NCBI RefSeq assembly: GCF_035084215.1
Contig: NC_090337.1
Span: forward strand, 11,718,001 to 11,782,000
DNA: 64,000 nt
Direction: 5' to 3'
Source: Heptranchias perlo
Lineage: Eukaryota
The notes beneath the pieces were generated by a model. It made no database searches. It was given only the letters and a program-made list of their open reading frames with translations, and had not been told where the DNA came from. Each line of letters begins with the position of its first letter. Within the stretch, counting starts at the first letter, position 1. Both the position numbers and the translations under genes were made by a program. Below, piece by piece: positions 26,541 through 39,896 of this stretch.

Positions 26541-27044
26541 AGTAGAACAACAAGATAGACTTTGGACAAGTGAATCAACATTAAAACAGTAACATTACAG
26601 TCGCACCTGGTGAATGACACTTGATCCATTTCAAGTTCCGATGCATGGTCAGTCGAAGCACATGCAGTGGAGCTCAGTTCTGGACGAAACCAGAATTTGT
26701 ACCTTGTGGCTAACTATCCCCAACCATGCACTCAATCTCGTGTCTTGTACCAGGCGCAGCTGTTTTACTGGAGCTGACTAGGTGAAAACTCACACAAACC
26801 TATATTATTTGGAGGGCATGAGAGGAAGTGAAACAAGGGTATTGATTCCAGAGATGTATACAAATACGGTTATACCGGCAGTCTGGTGCCAGCTTTACGT
26901 CTACACTATGGCAATTTGATAATATAACAGCAGTATTACTTTCCATTTCATGTCCATTTCTATTAGTTTTCCAAAAGTGAAGAGCAGAAAAGGGCTGCAA
27001 GTACAATGTCCCATCCTCACAAGCCCCTCAATCCAAATGATAGC

Positions 27045-27222
27045 ATATAAAGCAAAATACTGCAGACACTGGAAAACTGAAATAAAAACAGAAAAAGCTT
27101 GAAACACTCAGCAGGTCAGGCAGCATGTGAGACGAGGGGAAGATAGGGTCGATGACCTTTGGTCAGAACCCATGACAAAATAGATGCTGAGTGTTTGCAG
27201 CATTTTCTGTTTTTATTCTCAG
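27045..27222. mobile_element. Second Penelope-type tail family, inverted arrangement (related pieces near 5710-5810, 24430-24550, 45115-45190, 54345-54455)
   Basis: Recurrent gctgagtgtttccagcattttctgtttttatttcag...cagtattttgctt tail; degenerate CTGAnnAAAGGTCATCGACC core on the minus strand near 27147-27168. Confidence 0.6.
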
Positions 27223-28006
27223 CACATCGTGTTCACTTTAAATGATTCACCAACTTCACTCCCCTCTTGCATTTCTGTGGAGCAAGCTGAAACGCATCAA
27301 TGTGGAAAAAGTATCCCACAGCAGTGGGCCACCACGCCATGATGCAACATCCTGCCTTTGCGGCTAGGAACAATCAACCCTCACATGTCCCAACACAACA
27401 GGTCTTTTTATATTCACCCGAATAACTGAGTATTGGGCACATGCTACAATCCTGAACGCAGTGATCCAAAGGAAAAACAGCAAAATACATCAAAAGACCA
27501 ACTGGCCAACTTTTACCAACAGAACCCTTTGCAGGCTGAAGGATAAAAGGTTTTGTACAGAATAGCAGTGACTGATTGTCTAAAGGAGAAGAAAGTTTGC
27601 ACAGGCTGTATAAGCAGCCTAATAAATGTAATTATTAGGGTTGCCTAATCCGGGAACACCTCGATTTTAAAATTCTGATCCTTGTTTTCAAATCCCTCCA
27701 TGGCCTCGCCCCTCCTTATCACTGTGACCTCCTCCAGCCCCACAACCCTCCGAGATCTCTGCGCTCCTCCAGTTCTAGCCTCATGCATGCCCCCGATTTT
27801 AATCGCTCCATCATTGGCGGCCGTGCCTTCAGCCGCCTAGGCTCTGGAATTCCCTCCCTAAACCTCTCGCCTCTCTACCTTTCTTTCCTCCTTAAAATCT
27901 ACCTCTTTGACCAAGATTTTGGTCACCTGTCCTAATATCTCATGTGGCTCAGTGTCAAATTTTGTCTGATAACACTCCTGTGAAGCGTCACTGCTGCACG
28001 CAGCCC

Positions 28007-30215
28007 TAGGGTTGCCAAACCTCCCGGATTGTCCGGCAGTCTCCCGGAATCGAGGATTGATCCCCTGGGCGCTGCTGCTGGTGACCCGGGAGAAAATGCG
28101 GAAGTAGAGTTTGCGCGCGCGTGACAGCTTCAAGTTCAGGCGCCAAACCCTTCCTGCCTCCCCAGTGTCATGAACTCAGGAAAGGCTGTAGACAGCGGTG
28201 TCCAGCAGTTAACACTGGACAAAGTGCATGGGCGGCACCAGTGGGAGTGCCAAGTTTGTATCAAGTCCAAAACCGGACAAGAGGTGAAATGGATTCATAA
28301 CATATATGTTAAGCCACAAATAAATTTTAAATCAGAGCCACCTTCAAACTATATTTCTTAACAAAGATGTGTTGTACAAAAAGGATACAAAAAACACACA
28401 CATAACCATTGGACTGCACTACTCTATTTCATTGTCCAATTAAAGCAATTTTGATAAACCAGGAGTCTTCAAGTATTTGTTTAGCTTAAGCAAACTTCAT
28501 TTGAAATAAAATTTAATCAAAATGACACCACTGTATTTCAATAACTGTATAAATATCCATGATGTGGATACCCTAACCACGTCAAAGAGGCCATCCCCTA
28601 TGGACAGGCCCTGCGAATACACAGGGTCTGCTCAGACGAGGAGGAACGCGATGGACACCTACAGACGCTGAAAGACGCCCTCGTAAGAACGGGATATGAT
28701 GCTCGACTCATCGATCGACAGTTCCGACGGGCCACAGCAAAAAATCGCATAGACCTCCTCAGAAGACTAACACGGGACGCAACCAACAGAGTACCCTTCG
28801 TCGTCCATTACTTCCCCGGAGCGGAGAAACTACGCCATGTTCTCCGCAGCCTTCATCATGTCATCAATGACGACAAACACCTCGCTATGGCCATCCCCAC
28901 ACCTCCACTACTCGCCTTTAAACAGCCACCCAACCTCAAACAGACTATCGTTCACAGCAAATTACCCAGCTTTCAGGAGAACAGCGTCCACGACACCACA
29001 CAACCCTGCCACGGTAACCTCTGCAAGACATGCCAGATCATCGATACAGATACCACCATCACACGAGAGGACACCACCCACCAGGTGCATGGTTCATACT
29101 CCTGTGACTCGGCCAACGTTGTCTACCTCATACGTTGCAGGAAAGGATGCCCCAGAGCATGGTACATTGGCGAGACCATGCAGACACTGCGACAACGGAT
29201 GAACGGACACTGCGCAACAATCGCCAGACAGGAGGGTTCCCTCCCAGTCGGGGAACACTTCAGCAGTCAGGGACATGCAGTCAGGGACATTCAGCCACCG
29301 ACCTTCGGGTAAGCGTACTCCAAGGCGGCCTTCGAGACACACGACAACGCAAAATCGTCAAGCAGAAATTGATAGCCAAGTTCCGCACCCATGAGGACGG
29401 CCTCAACCGGGATCTTGGGTTCATGTCACGCTACACGTAAGCCCACCAGCGAACAAAAGCTATCTGTTTTTAATATAACGGGTCATTTGCTGGCTTTCTC
29501 TGCCTTCAAGATGTTTCTGCCTCTCTTTTTTTTTCCTGTTTGTTTTTTTTGTTGAATGTATATTCGGGGGTTCTGGAGGTAACACCTCTCTGTCTGAACA
29601 CGGTGATTGCCTTGGCAACGGGCAGTTGCAAAGGCTGTCTGTAAATCACCATGTATTGTTCTGTGATTTATAAATGCGTAGGCTTCGAGGAGTTCCTGAC
29701 ATTTACCTGAGGAAGGAGGAAGCCTCCAAAAGCTTGTAGATTTCAAATAAAATCGTTGGACTATAACTTGGTGTTGTAAAATTGTTTACAAATGTATAAA
29801 TATCAACATACAAAAATAAATCAAAGCACATAGGAGATAAAACTGGACAAATAATGATTTTTTTTTGCTAAGTAAACTGCTATGAAATCAAGTACAAGCT
29901 CAGATCCTCTGAATTTAAGTAAAATTCACTTGGACTGACGCAACTTAAGAACAAGCCCAAAAATGTGATGTGCCTTGCAAATCTTGCCTTTGCAATAGAT
30001 GAAATGGTTACAAAAAAAGAGTCCACTTTTACACAGAATGGGTATTCTTTAACTATACTTGTATTTTTTTCTAAAAATGCTGTTATGCGCAAAGACACTC
30101 AACTACAGGGACTCCAACCTTCATAAGGTAAATGCAAAACGTTTATAAACTGCAGGCAGATGTCAGACGCCACCGATCAAACGAGGAGTACATTCAACCA
30201 GAGTTGGCAACCCTT
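28007..30215. mobile_element. Related hAT-type element hosting the Penelope insertion
   Basis: TIRs tagggttgccaaac / gagttggcaaccct; the internal block actcaactacaggg..ccaacct..ggtaaatgcaa (about 30097-30137) is shared with 18032-18072. No clean TSD. Confidence 0.68.
28558..29792 (+). mobile_element. Penelope-like retroelement (Neptune-type), 5' truncated: RT thumb, Cys linker, GIY-YIG endonuclease, pLTR
   Basis: IPYGQALRIHRVCSD, FKQPPNLK, CHGNLCKTC, NVVYLIRC...WYIGET.QTLRQRMNGH. A 14-bp duplication (gcagtcagggacat, 29263-29290) shifts the frame. 12-bp TSD tgtataaatatc at 28546-28557 and 29793-29804. Confidence 0.93.
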
Positions 30216-30269
30216 GGAACCCAGGAGAAAAATTATGGGGAATTAGCAGTAGAGTTGGCAACCCCTAGC

Positions 30270-30644
30270 TCTCACTCGCTCGCTCGCCTGCCTACTCCCA
30301 GTAATGCTCTTTCAGTGGAAGTGATAGCATAGCAACCATCGGCAGGCTGAGTCAGAAACATGCAGCACACGCCGGCCACGGACCAATCACAAGTGCATTT
30401 GGCGGGAGATTGACTGTGGAGTGGGGAGCACGGGAACTGCGAGTTACAATAATCCCAGGGACTGCTAGTCCACAGATGCTGTTCCATGCTGCACTCAACA
30501 GGAGGGTCTGCAACAAAGAGGGGGGGGGGGGGGGGGGAGAAAGAGAGGCTGCTCTTCAATTATTTGTTCAAAGGGTGTTGTAGCCTTTTTCTAAAATCAG
30601 GACTTGTTTGTATTTTTTTTTTGAGTTCAGGTAATTAAGTAAGT
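30270..30644 (+). promoter_or_regulatory. Candidate promoter and non-coding first exon
   Basis: Clustered GGAAGTG (30317), TGAGTCA (30348), GACCAATCAC (30381) and TTTGGCGGGAG (30398), then donors CAG|gtaatt (30631) and gtaagt (30639). Confidence 0.35.
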
Positions 30645-31589
30645 CACGCAGAATCCATGATGCTTAGATTCTAAATAGCCTGTGGATGCAGCAAGCTCAA
30701 GGAACTGATTAGTCATTCACCTAATCATGCTATCTTATGTAAACAGAACAACAAAACTAATGAGTCATATCTGTGATCAGATAAACACCCTACATGAAAC
30801 GTGAAACTAAATAAATTGTAGATGGCCCAATAGTTTGGACCTCGTCTTTTCACCTAGATTCCATTCCAAGATGTTTTCTTAATGGTGGTTTGAAGGGGCT
30901 GAAATAAAATGAGTTTGGCTAGTCTTCAGCACAAAATTGACAATATTTCAGTAGAAATCGGCAACTTCCACAAGGATAGTTAGCATGTGAAACTAACGGT
31001 GAAAAGATTAACTGCTCATGTAATACTTAACAGACAGCACATATCAATTAGCAAATCAGCATCACAATTGTAATGCGTGATACTTTACCTGGGTGTGTTT
31101 AGCTGTCCACATTGCGCAAGAAAAAGTTTAAAGTTAAATTTTGGTAAAAAGGTGAGTGGCGATAGCCCTGATAAATCTAAACAACTACACGTGCAGGCTG
31201 ACCCAAAAAACAGAAGCAACATCTGAACAGTATTATAATCAACAATAGTAGACAAGATATTAACATACATGTGGATAAGGAAGATCATTGAGCCCATCAT
31301 AATCATCACACTACCGTACCCAATATGAGCTACTTGTCTTATGGTTATGGTTTGATTTTAAGTGGTGATCCAGATGTACCTTTTATCTTTAACCTCTTTG
31401 TCGCCTCCTTTCAAGGCTGAAAAGGCCAAGTTTTGACAGCATTTCCTCATAACTCATTTGTTGGTTTACAACCACAAGCTCCAGCCTCCAACCAATTCTG
31501 TACTTCTAAACTAAAGCTGGCATTAAACATGGCACCAAACTTTATGCAAGCCATTTCACCTGAACATGCATCTGTATTTTAGAAGAAAA

Positions 31590-32430
31590 GCTGACCTCCC
31601 TGTCTCAATCATTAATTAAATTTGCCGATCACACTAAGTAGGGGGAAGTGTGCACTTGGAGTAAGCAGCCAAGAGTTTACAAAGGCAGTGTGACAGGGTT
31701 TACACCTGGTCTGATCAGTGGCAAATGAAGGTCATTACAGATAAATTCTTCATATTGGAAGTAATGGAAGACATATGTACTTCAAGGATACAATTAAAAT
31801 TGCCTGGGGAAAATTTGAAGAGTCCCAAGAATTAACCTGTTGACGCCATGCCATGACAGTAATAAACAAAATTAACAGAATGTTGGGTATTATTGCCAAA
31901 TCAGTTGAGTTTAAATTCCTAGAAGTCACGCTCAAGCCATAATAGTGTCCCGCTCAAGTCACGCCTGGGGAACTGGATACAGTTCTGGTCAAGGTGACAT
32001 AAGAGGGCATCCAAGCCCTGGAGACAACGCAGAGGAAACGATGGGGCTGATCTCCAGTCTCAAAGGGAAGAGCTATGAGGAATGACTTCAGCTAAGATTT
32101 TTCATCCTCAGAAAGGGTTGTCTCAGAGGAGACATTATAGAGGTATACAAGATTCTTAATAGGATAGGGAAAGTAGAACAGAGATAGCAGGACATGAGGG
32201 CACTTCGCCACAGCTACAAAGGACAAGTTGGAACTTATGTCAGTAAGCATTTCTTTACACAGGTGATCAACAGCTGGAACAAGTGTCTGGAAAAGTGGTT
32301 CAGGCCAGGGCACTGGATTAATTTAAGAAACAGCTAGATGCTAAAATGGGAAGACTGTAGGCTTGGTCAACTGGAAGGATGAGATCAAATGGACTAAGAG
32401 GCTTTCCTCGCCTGAAGATATCCTGTGACC
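31590..32430 (+). mobile_element. Old, highly decayed CR1-type RT 3' region
   Basis: aaatttgccgatcacactaag (KFADDTK-like), cagtggcaaatgaag and cagttctggtca in the expected order. Confidence 0.6.
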
Positions 32431-33699
32431 CGTACAACTTCTATCTCACGCTTGAAGCAAGGAAGGGTACCATCAGGTGATTTGGGATTCCGGACGCAGT
32501 TTACAAAAAAGCAAGTTGTAACTTAAATGTACATCTTAACTTTAATCATTCCTTCTCAAGTTTATGCGGCTTTGGAGAGAAGCAGCATCAACATTTCTCT
32601 CAGCCATTAGGTGGTTTATTTTGAAATTATTAAAAAAATATACTGATCTAAAAGCCTCAGTTTAAAAATAAATGAAACGCAGTTCTGAAGAGTAATCTGA
32701 TGAGTCCAGTTATTAACATTCTTTATTATTTACTCAGAACACGTACAGACCTGTTATGAGTGGCAACGCATTACGAGCCTTCTCAGCAGTCAAGTTTGCT
32801 CCAAAGGGTGGTCGACAGGTTTCAACAAAACAAATTGATGCAAATATGAATTCAAGTTCTTTCATAATCTATTACTGCAAAAAACGGAGTACAGAAACAA
32901 GCAAAAGGAAAACTTGGATCCTTTCACAGACGTTTTATGTACAGCGTGAATTTAATCGTGTTTAAACAGTGTCTCCAACTACCAGTACAAGGAGCCGCGA
33001 AGCACTTATCCGACATCTTACTCATTTTGCACAGGTAACCCTTTTAAAAATATATATTTATGTTTGATTTGACTTGACTGCATTATCCGGATAGAATAAT
33101 GCAGTAAACCAGTCACTCAACTGTGTCTGGATCAGAGTGTTATATATATGTTTAATACAATGTGGATGGCATTAGAAATTAACATTTAGAAAAGTCAAAC
33201 AGTAGCATGTTGGTATTTCACCAAGTATGACTCTTAACTATATCTAGTTTCCAGTAACAACATAGATAGGGTTAATAACATATATCACATTCCTACAATC
33301 TCACATTGTTAACGCCACAGGGTTAAATACCTCAATGGATGAGGATGCTATCTGTTTGTTAAGTTTATTCTAACATCTGCTAAGGGATGGTTTGTTAAAG
33401 CTGCCTGCTGGGCAACCCATTGGTGAGCACACAGCAAGCTACGGCAAAGAGCAGTAGAGAGCAGTAGAGCGCAGTCTCTCGTCATCAATTCCGACTTTTC
33501 TGGGCAAGCTGAAATGCAGAGGTTGTACCCTTCCCCAAAACAAGGGAGGGAACAGCAGAAAATGTCAGCCAGTGGCCTTCTCATGCACTTTCAAAATTTG
33601 TCAGCTGTGTAATGTAGAGATACCAGAAACCTCAGGCTAAGTACAGGTGTGTGACCCCAAGCTATACTTCCTTCCCCACATCCATTCCATGACTAAGGC

Positions 33700-35985
33700 T
33701 ACAATCCTCCTCCAGCCCTACAACCCTCCAAGATCTCTGCACTCCTCCAATTCTGGCCTCTTGCCCCGATTTTCTTCGTTTCACCACTGGCGGCCGGGCC
33801 TACAGCTGCCTAGGCCCGAAGCTCTGGAATACCCTCCCTAAACCTCTCCGCTTCTCTACCTCTTCCTCCTCCTTTAAGACGCTCCTTAAAACCTAACTCT
33901 TTGACCAAACTTTTGGTTACATGTCCTAATATCTCTTTATGGCTCGGTATCAAATTTTGTTTGATAATCACTCCTGTGAAGCACCTTGGGATGTTTTATT
34001 ACATTAAAGGTGCTATGCAAATGCAAGTTGTTGTTGTTTATAACATCGGCCTGCATCTGCTCCCCTCTACCGTCAAAAGTCTATTCAGGACCTATTTCAC
34101 ATTGAGTCTTGACTTCACTTCACTCTTCTTGCTGGCCTCTACCCTCCATGAAATTACAACTCATCCAGAATGCCATAGTCCACGTCCATACCCGTACAAA
34201 GTCCCACCTTCTACCCTTCCCCTCCCACGGCCTTGCCAAGTATCACTGGCACCCTGCACCCAACAAATTAATGCCAGGATCCTCATACCCAATTTCATAT
34301 TTTGTGACAGCCTCATTCCACTCGACCTGTACAATCTCTGAGCCACATATCTCCCACTGAACACGCTCCATGACGATGCCAAGTAATCTGTGCCCCGATC
34401 CATCCTCCCCACCATCAGCAGTCACTCTTTATCCTGCTACGCCTTAGAGAGGGTGCAGAAGAGATTTACTAGAATGATTCCAGGGATGAGGGACTTTAGT
34501 TACGTGGATAGACTGGAAAAGCTGGGGTTGTTCTCCTTGGAATAGAGACGGTAGTGAGGAGATTTGATAGAGGTATTCAAAATCATGAAGGGTCTAGAGA
34601 GAATAGGTAGAGAGAAACTGTTCCCATTGGCAGAAGGGTCAAGAACCAGAGGGCATAGATTTAAAGTGCTTGGCAAAAGAACCAAAGGTGACATGAGGAA
34701 AAACATTTTTTTTTTAAAAACACAGCAAGTGGTTAGGATCTGGAATGCACTGCCCGAGGGTGTGGTGGAGGCAGATTCAATCATGGCCTTCAAAAGGGAA
34801 CTGGATAAGTACTTGAAAAGGAAAAAATTTGCAGGGCTATGGGGATAGGGCGAGGGAGTGGGACTAGCTGGATTGCTCTTGCATAGAGCCGGCACGGGCT
34901 CGATGGGTCGAATGGCTTCCTACCGTGCTATAACCTTTCTATGATTCTATGATACTCTCTCTGGAACTCCCTCCAGCTTGTTATCTCCCTCCCCACTTTC
35001 TAAACCTTCCTGGCCGACCATGCGTTCTGCCCCTCTCTTTTTGTTGGCTACTCTCCACCTGCAAAGTACTTTGAGATGTCTCCCTTACGTGAGGATGGCT
35101 GTAGAAATGTACGTTGTAAACATGGGGTCAACTTCCACATGTACGCCAACCACATCTAACTCAGCACTAACTCTCCGCTGCCTCTTGTGCCGTCAATCCT
35201 GGACGAGCAGCAATTTCCTCCAGTTAAACATTTGGAAGACCAACGCCTTCGGTCCCTGCCGCAAATTTTTCACCTTTGCCACCGATTCCATGCCCCTCCC
35301 TGTCCAATATAACTTTGGTGTCCTATTTGAGCCTGAGCTGAGCTTCTGAGCCCATATCCTCACCATCACAAAGACTACATCATCTACCTCCAACTCTAAC
35401 ATCGCCCACCACTGCCCACCTGCTGCTGAAACCCTCATCCATGCCTTTTGTCACCTACTGACTTGACTATTCCGATGTTCTTCGAGCCAATCTCCCATTC
35501 TCCACCCTTTGGAAACTTCAGCTCCTCCAAAACTCTGCTGCCTGTATTCAATTGCATACCTACTCCTGCTCACCTACATTGGCTCCCGGTCCCCCAAAGC
35601 CTCAAATTTAAAATTCTGATCCTCATGTCTAAATCCTCACATGGCCTTGCCCAGCCCTAACTCTAACTTCCTCTAGCTCGACAACCCCCCCCCCCCCCCC
35701 ACCCTGAACTCCCTGAATCTGGTCTTGTTCACCCCACCATTCGTTTGGCCCCACCATAATGGCTGTGCCTCTTGCCATCCAGACCCCACACTCTGGAATT
35801 CCCTGCCTAAATCTCTCTCCTCCGATAAAGACCTCCTTAAACCCCACCACTTTGACCAAGCTTTTGGTCACTCCTCCTAATATCTCTTAGTTTAGCTCAG
35901 CATATTTTTGATTATGCCTCTGTGAACTTCTTTGGGGTGTTTCTCTACATTAAAGGCATTATATTAATGCAAGTTCTTGTTGTTA
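33700..35985 (+). mobile_element. Cluster of L2-type LINE 3' fragments (similar pieces at 27660-27990, 36390-36595, 47940-48200; minus copy at 600-1085)
   Basis: FLQLNI.KT, FGVLFEPELSF, LHWLPV...FKILIL; aaatgcaagttgttgttg tails. Confidence 0.72.
34438..34955 (+). mobile_element. CR1 LINE 3' end inserted into an L2-type fragment
   Basis: LERVQKRFTRM, TRGHRFKV, WNALPE; ttctatgattctatga tail. Confidence 0.88.
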
Positions 35986-37754
35986 TAAAACTGTGCTTTC
36001 TTGTTAGTGTGTAAGTGGTAATTATGATAATGTGGTTGTATGATCCATTCGTGCTTTGTAATCAGGTGCTGGTCAACTAATGCAAATCAGGGAAAGCTGA
36101 TCTAGTTCCTGGGTTGTCACTTACCTATAATTGCACCATGCACTCTAGCTTCACTGCAACATATTCCTTTAGTGAGCACGAGTTGGGTAAAAAGTACAAG
36201 TTATGACTCCCAAAATTTATAGTTACAGTCACAACACTAACTACCTAAATATTTCTGTTCATTTATCCCCTTTAATTTCACTTACTGAACTTATGCTAAC
36301 ACTGGTCACTGGAATTAAAGGTGATAGTGAACTGATAATTGAGAACTTTGGAGTACATGACTTGTTTCTTGTTTATACTCAACATCTGATGGTAGGCCCT
36401 AAGTTCTGGAATTCACTCCCCAAACCGCTCCACCTTTAAGATGCTTATAAACGACCCCCTTGACCAAACTTTTGGTCACCTGTCCTAATGCCTTCTTGTT
36501 TGGCGGGGCTGTCAATTTTTGTCAGATTACTGTGAAGCACCTTGAGACGCTTCACTACGTTAAAGGCGCTATATAGATACAAGTTGTTGTTGTCGTCTCC
36601 TGCCACTCACCTTTTCATAGATTCACGGGAGGTCACTTTAACTTTTAATGGAAAAGAAAATCGGGTAAGGTGTAAAACGGGTTGCTGTTTCGTTATCACC
36701 AATTTTTCACCTGGTCATAAAATTATCCCCATAGAAATTTCAGGACAGAAGGATTCAGCCAACCATGCCTACGCTGGCACTAGCTTTGTGTCAGAGTGAT
36801 CTACTCTATTTCCCTGTTCTTTTTCTTATATCCCTTAATTTTCTTCTTTAAAGTGCCTATCAAATTCCCTCTAGCTTCCTCAGTTGCTTAAAGTGCCAGT
36901 GAGATTTGTTGACCAGCTGGTGCATTCAACAAGACACAGGCCCCTTTAACAGCTGGGCAGCTGTGAAATGTTTCACCAACTTTTATATGAGAAGTTACCA
37001 TTAAAAGTGGTTAAAGAAAGTACACATTAAATCCTAGTTGGCCGTTTAAGTTCAATGCAATGAACTTGTTACAGTGAACAAATTTGACGTCCCAACAAAT
37101 GCTTCTAATAACAAATTTACAATGTGTGTGCTAAGTAGTAAATGTAGTACGGATGCTGTTTTGAAAAACGCCCCAATTCCCTCCTCGGTAATCATCCACT
37201 GAAAGAATTACGGGGTACAGAACCAAGGCAGGTAGATGGAGTTAAGATATAGATCAGCCACGATTTAACTGAATGGCAGAACAGGCTGAATGGTCTACTT
37301 CTGTTCCTATGAAAACCAATGTCAAAGTCAAATGCTCTGGGTTTGATGCTGATCTAAACTAGACCTTTCAGAGAACCACAACAACCAAGAAAACTTTAAA
37401 TTCAGATTATAATCTTGCTTCAGAATAAACTTTATCTATAGCCAAAGGGGAAACTGGGCTGCCAATTCCTAATGATCATCTAACTTCCCACCACAATTAT
37501 TGATGGGGATGAGCAAACTATTAAGTAATGGCTAATGTGAAACTTAATGTGAATGCAGACAGGTTTCCTATTGAACTGACTTTTAAGCTACTGAAGGTTT
37601 TCAGCAGTGCATCAATTTGCAACATCTTCACAAGTATAATTTAAAATACCACAAAAGAACTTGAGTGGAAATAGCACATAAGACCGAACACCTTCTCAAC
37701 CCACAAAAGTCACCGTGATAGTTCATGCACTTTGCTAGGTATTCTTTTGTGGCA

Positions 37755-38910
37755 AAATTAGTGTACGTTACTGGCAAGGAGGAAATGAAATAGTGCTGTT
37801 GGGGAAGGTTTAAACTAGAGTGGCAGGGGGATGGGAACCTGAGCGGGGAGTCAGAAGGGAATAAAGTTGAGAGCAGCAAGAGAGGGGAAGACCCAGGGGA
37901 AATCTACAATACAAATAGTACAAACAGTTGTTCAAGAACAAGTGAAAGGGAAAAGCATAGAGCAGCGGAAAGAAAGTGTACTTTAGGCACTTTAGGCAAG
38001 ACAGATAAAATGAAAACTAGAAGGCGTAAGGCGATTAACCCAGCATCAAAGCTGTGGCAGGGGGTTGGGAACCTGAGCAGGGAGACAGAGCAAAGCGTAT
38101 CAGGAAGGGACAGAAGGTATGGAGTAAAAGGTAAAGTGTTAAAAAAGGAAAAAGCAGGAATTAAGTGTCACAAAACATATTTGAAAGTTCTTTATCTGAA
38201 TGCACGTAGCATTCGTAACAAAATGGACGAGTTAACGGCACAAATAACGACGTATGGGTATGATCCTGTGGCCATTACAGAAACATGGCTGCAGAGTGAC
38301 AACGACTGGGAATTAAATATGCCAGGGTATTTAACAATCAGGAAGGACAGGCAGGAAGGAAGGGGAGGTGGGGTGGCTATGTTAATAAGGGAAGGAATCA
38401 CTGTAATACAGAGAAAAGATATTGGGACAAAGGATCAGGATAATGAAACAGTTTGGGTAGAGATAAGGAATAATAAGGGGAAAAAAACACTCGTGGGCGT
38501 AGTATATAGGCCTCCTAATAGTTGCAACTCTGCTGGAAGAAGTATTAATCAGGAAATAGTCGGGGCATGTAATAAGGGAACAGCTATAATTATGGGGGAT
38601 TTTAACTATCATATTAACTGGACAAATCAAATTGGGCAGGGTAGCCTTGAGGAAGAGTTTATTGAGTGTATTAGGGTTGGATTTCTTGAGCAGTATGTAA
38701 CTGAACCTACAAGGGGGCAAGCAACCTTGGACCTGGTCCTGTGTAATGAGCCAGGATTAATTAATAATGTCCTAGTTAAGGATCCCCTTGGAATGAGTGA
38801 CCATAACATGGTTACATTCCATATCCAATTAGAGGGTGAGAAGGTTGGTTCTCAAACAAGCGTACTGAGCTTGAATAAAGGAGACTATGATGGTATGAGA
38901 GCGGAATTGA
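37755..38910 (+). mobile_element. CR1 LINE fragment: ORF1 end plus ORF2 endonuclease domain, 3' truncated
   Basis: YLNARSI, ITETWL, YRPP, GDFNY, SDHN; shares the agtggcagggggatgggaacc junction motif with the 59874 copy. Confidence 0.9.
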
Positions 38911-39896
38911 GGATGTGAAAGGTGCCAAATAAATGCAAGTCTTTCTTTCTTGCTGCAACTGAGCTCAGCTGTTGTGCCATTTCCACATAGTTACCTTATT
39001 TATAGTCAGCTGCCTTTTGCTAACAACTGTGGTTTAACACCACAGTGGATAATTTACCAGAATTATAACTCAGGGGTTCTTTTCGAATCAAGCCCAGTGT
39101 TATATTTTTTTCATGGTTTGATGTCAAGAGCTGAGAGATTCTGAAAGCCTGAACTCTCCCCATCAAAATAAAATACAGACGACTATCTTCACATGCACTT
39201 GCCAAGAGAATGCAGAGCTGCAATCAATGCCGTGCCGAACAGGGTTGTTTTACTTTGGGCCGCTGCTTGCTCCTGAGCCGGTCAGCGGCAACATTGCTGC
39301 GCACTGCAGGTCAGAGAGAGAGACCAGAGCCAACATTCTCAGAAACTGAGCACGTTCTAGTTACTTGCAACTACAAGGACCACAAATCGATGGCTATTTT
39401 GGGGAAGATTAAAAAAAAGTTACTATGAAGACATTTCTGCGGAATTTGTAAGTCAGCCAGCACGGCTTTTATGAATATTATGGTGATTTGTAGCAAATGG
39501 TGGGGTCATGGGAAGGATATACCGTGAAAACTTTCTTCCATTAAAAGACATTTATACCCACTGTGGTGAAATTAGCTTAAGCATCATCACTATAATGAGA
39601 CTGTCTGTAGTCTTATGTCCCTTTTATACTACAGAGTTGCCTCCCTTGGCAAAAGACTCAGAGGCAACTCTTTCCTTTAAATAGCCCCCTTGCTCTTGCC
39701 ATTGGTGGCAATGAAGCTCGGTTGGAGCAAGGATTTCACCGCATGCCTCTAACCAAAAGTGCCAGAAACAGCAAATATAAACAACTTGTACCGGAAGAAT
39801 TTGGCTCTGGCTCACCAATTCAGGTCTGGCGATGGAAAGGATGAACTGTCAGCATGCCAACATAAAAGGACTTAGCTACCATTGCATTCTTTAAGC

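Noticed and set aside
30519-30537. Long G/C homopolymers (also near 1980, 17375, 35685, 49054) as G-quadruplex elements
   Set aside because: Simple mononucleotide runs with unreliable length and no supporting context.
32756-32965. ORF containing NSSSFIIY, resembling the P2Y ICL1/TM2 motif
   Set aside because: No LKN/ADL or other helices follow in any frame; probably chance.
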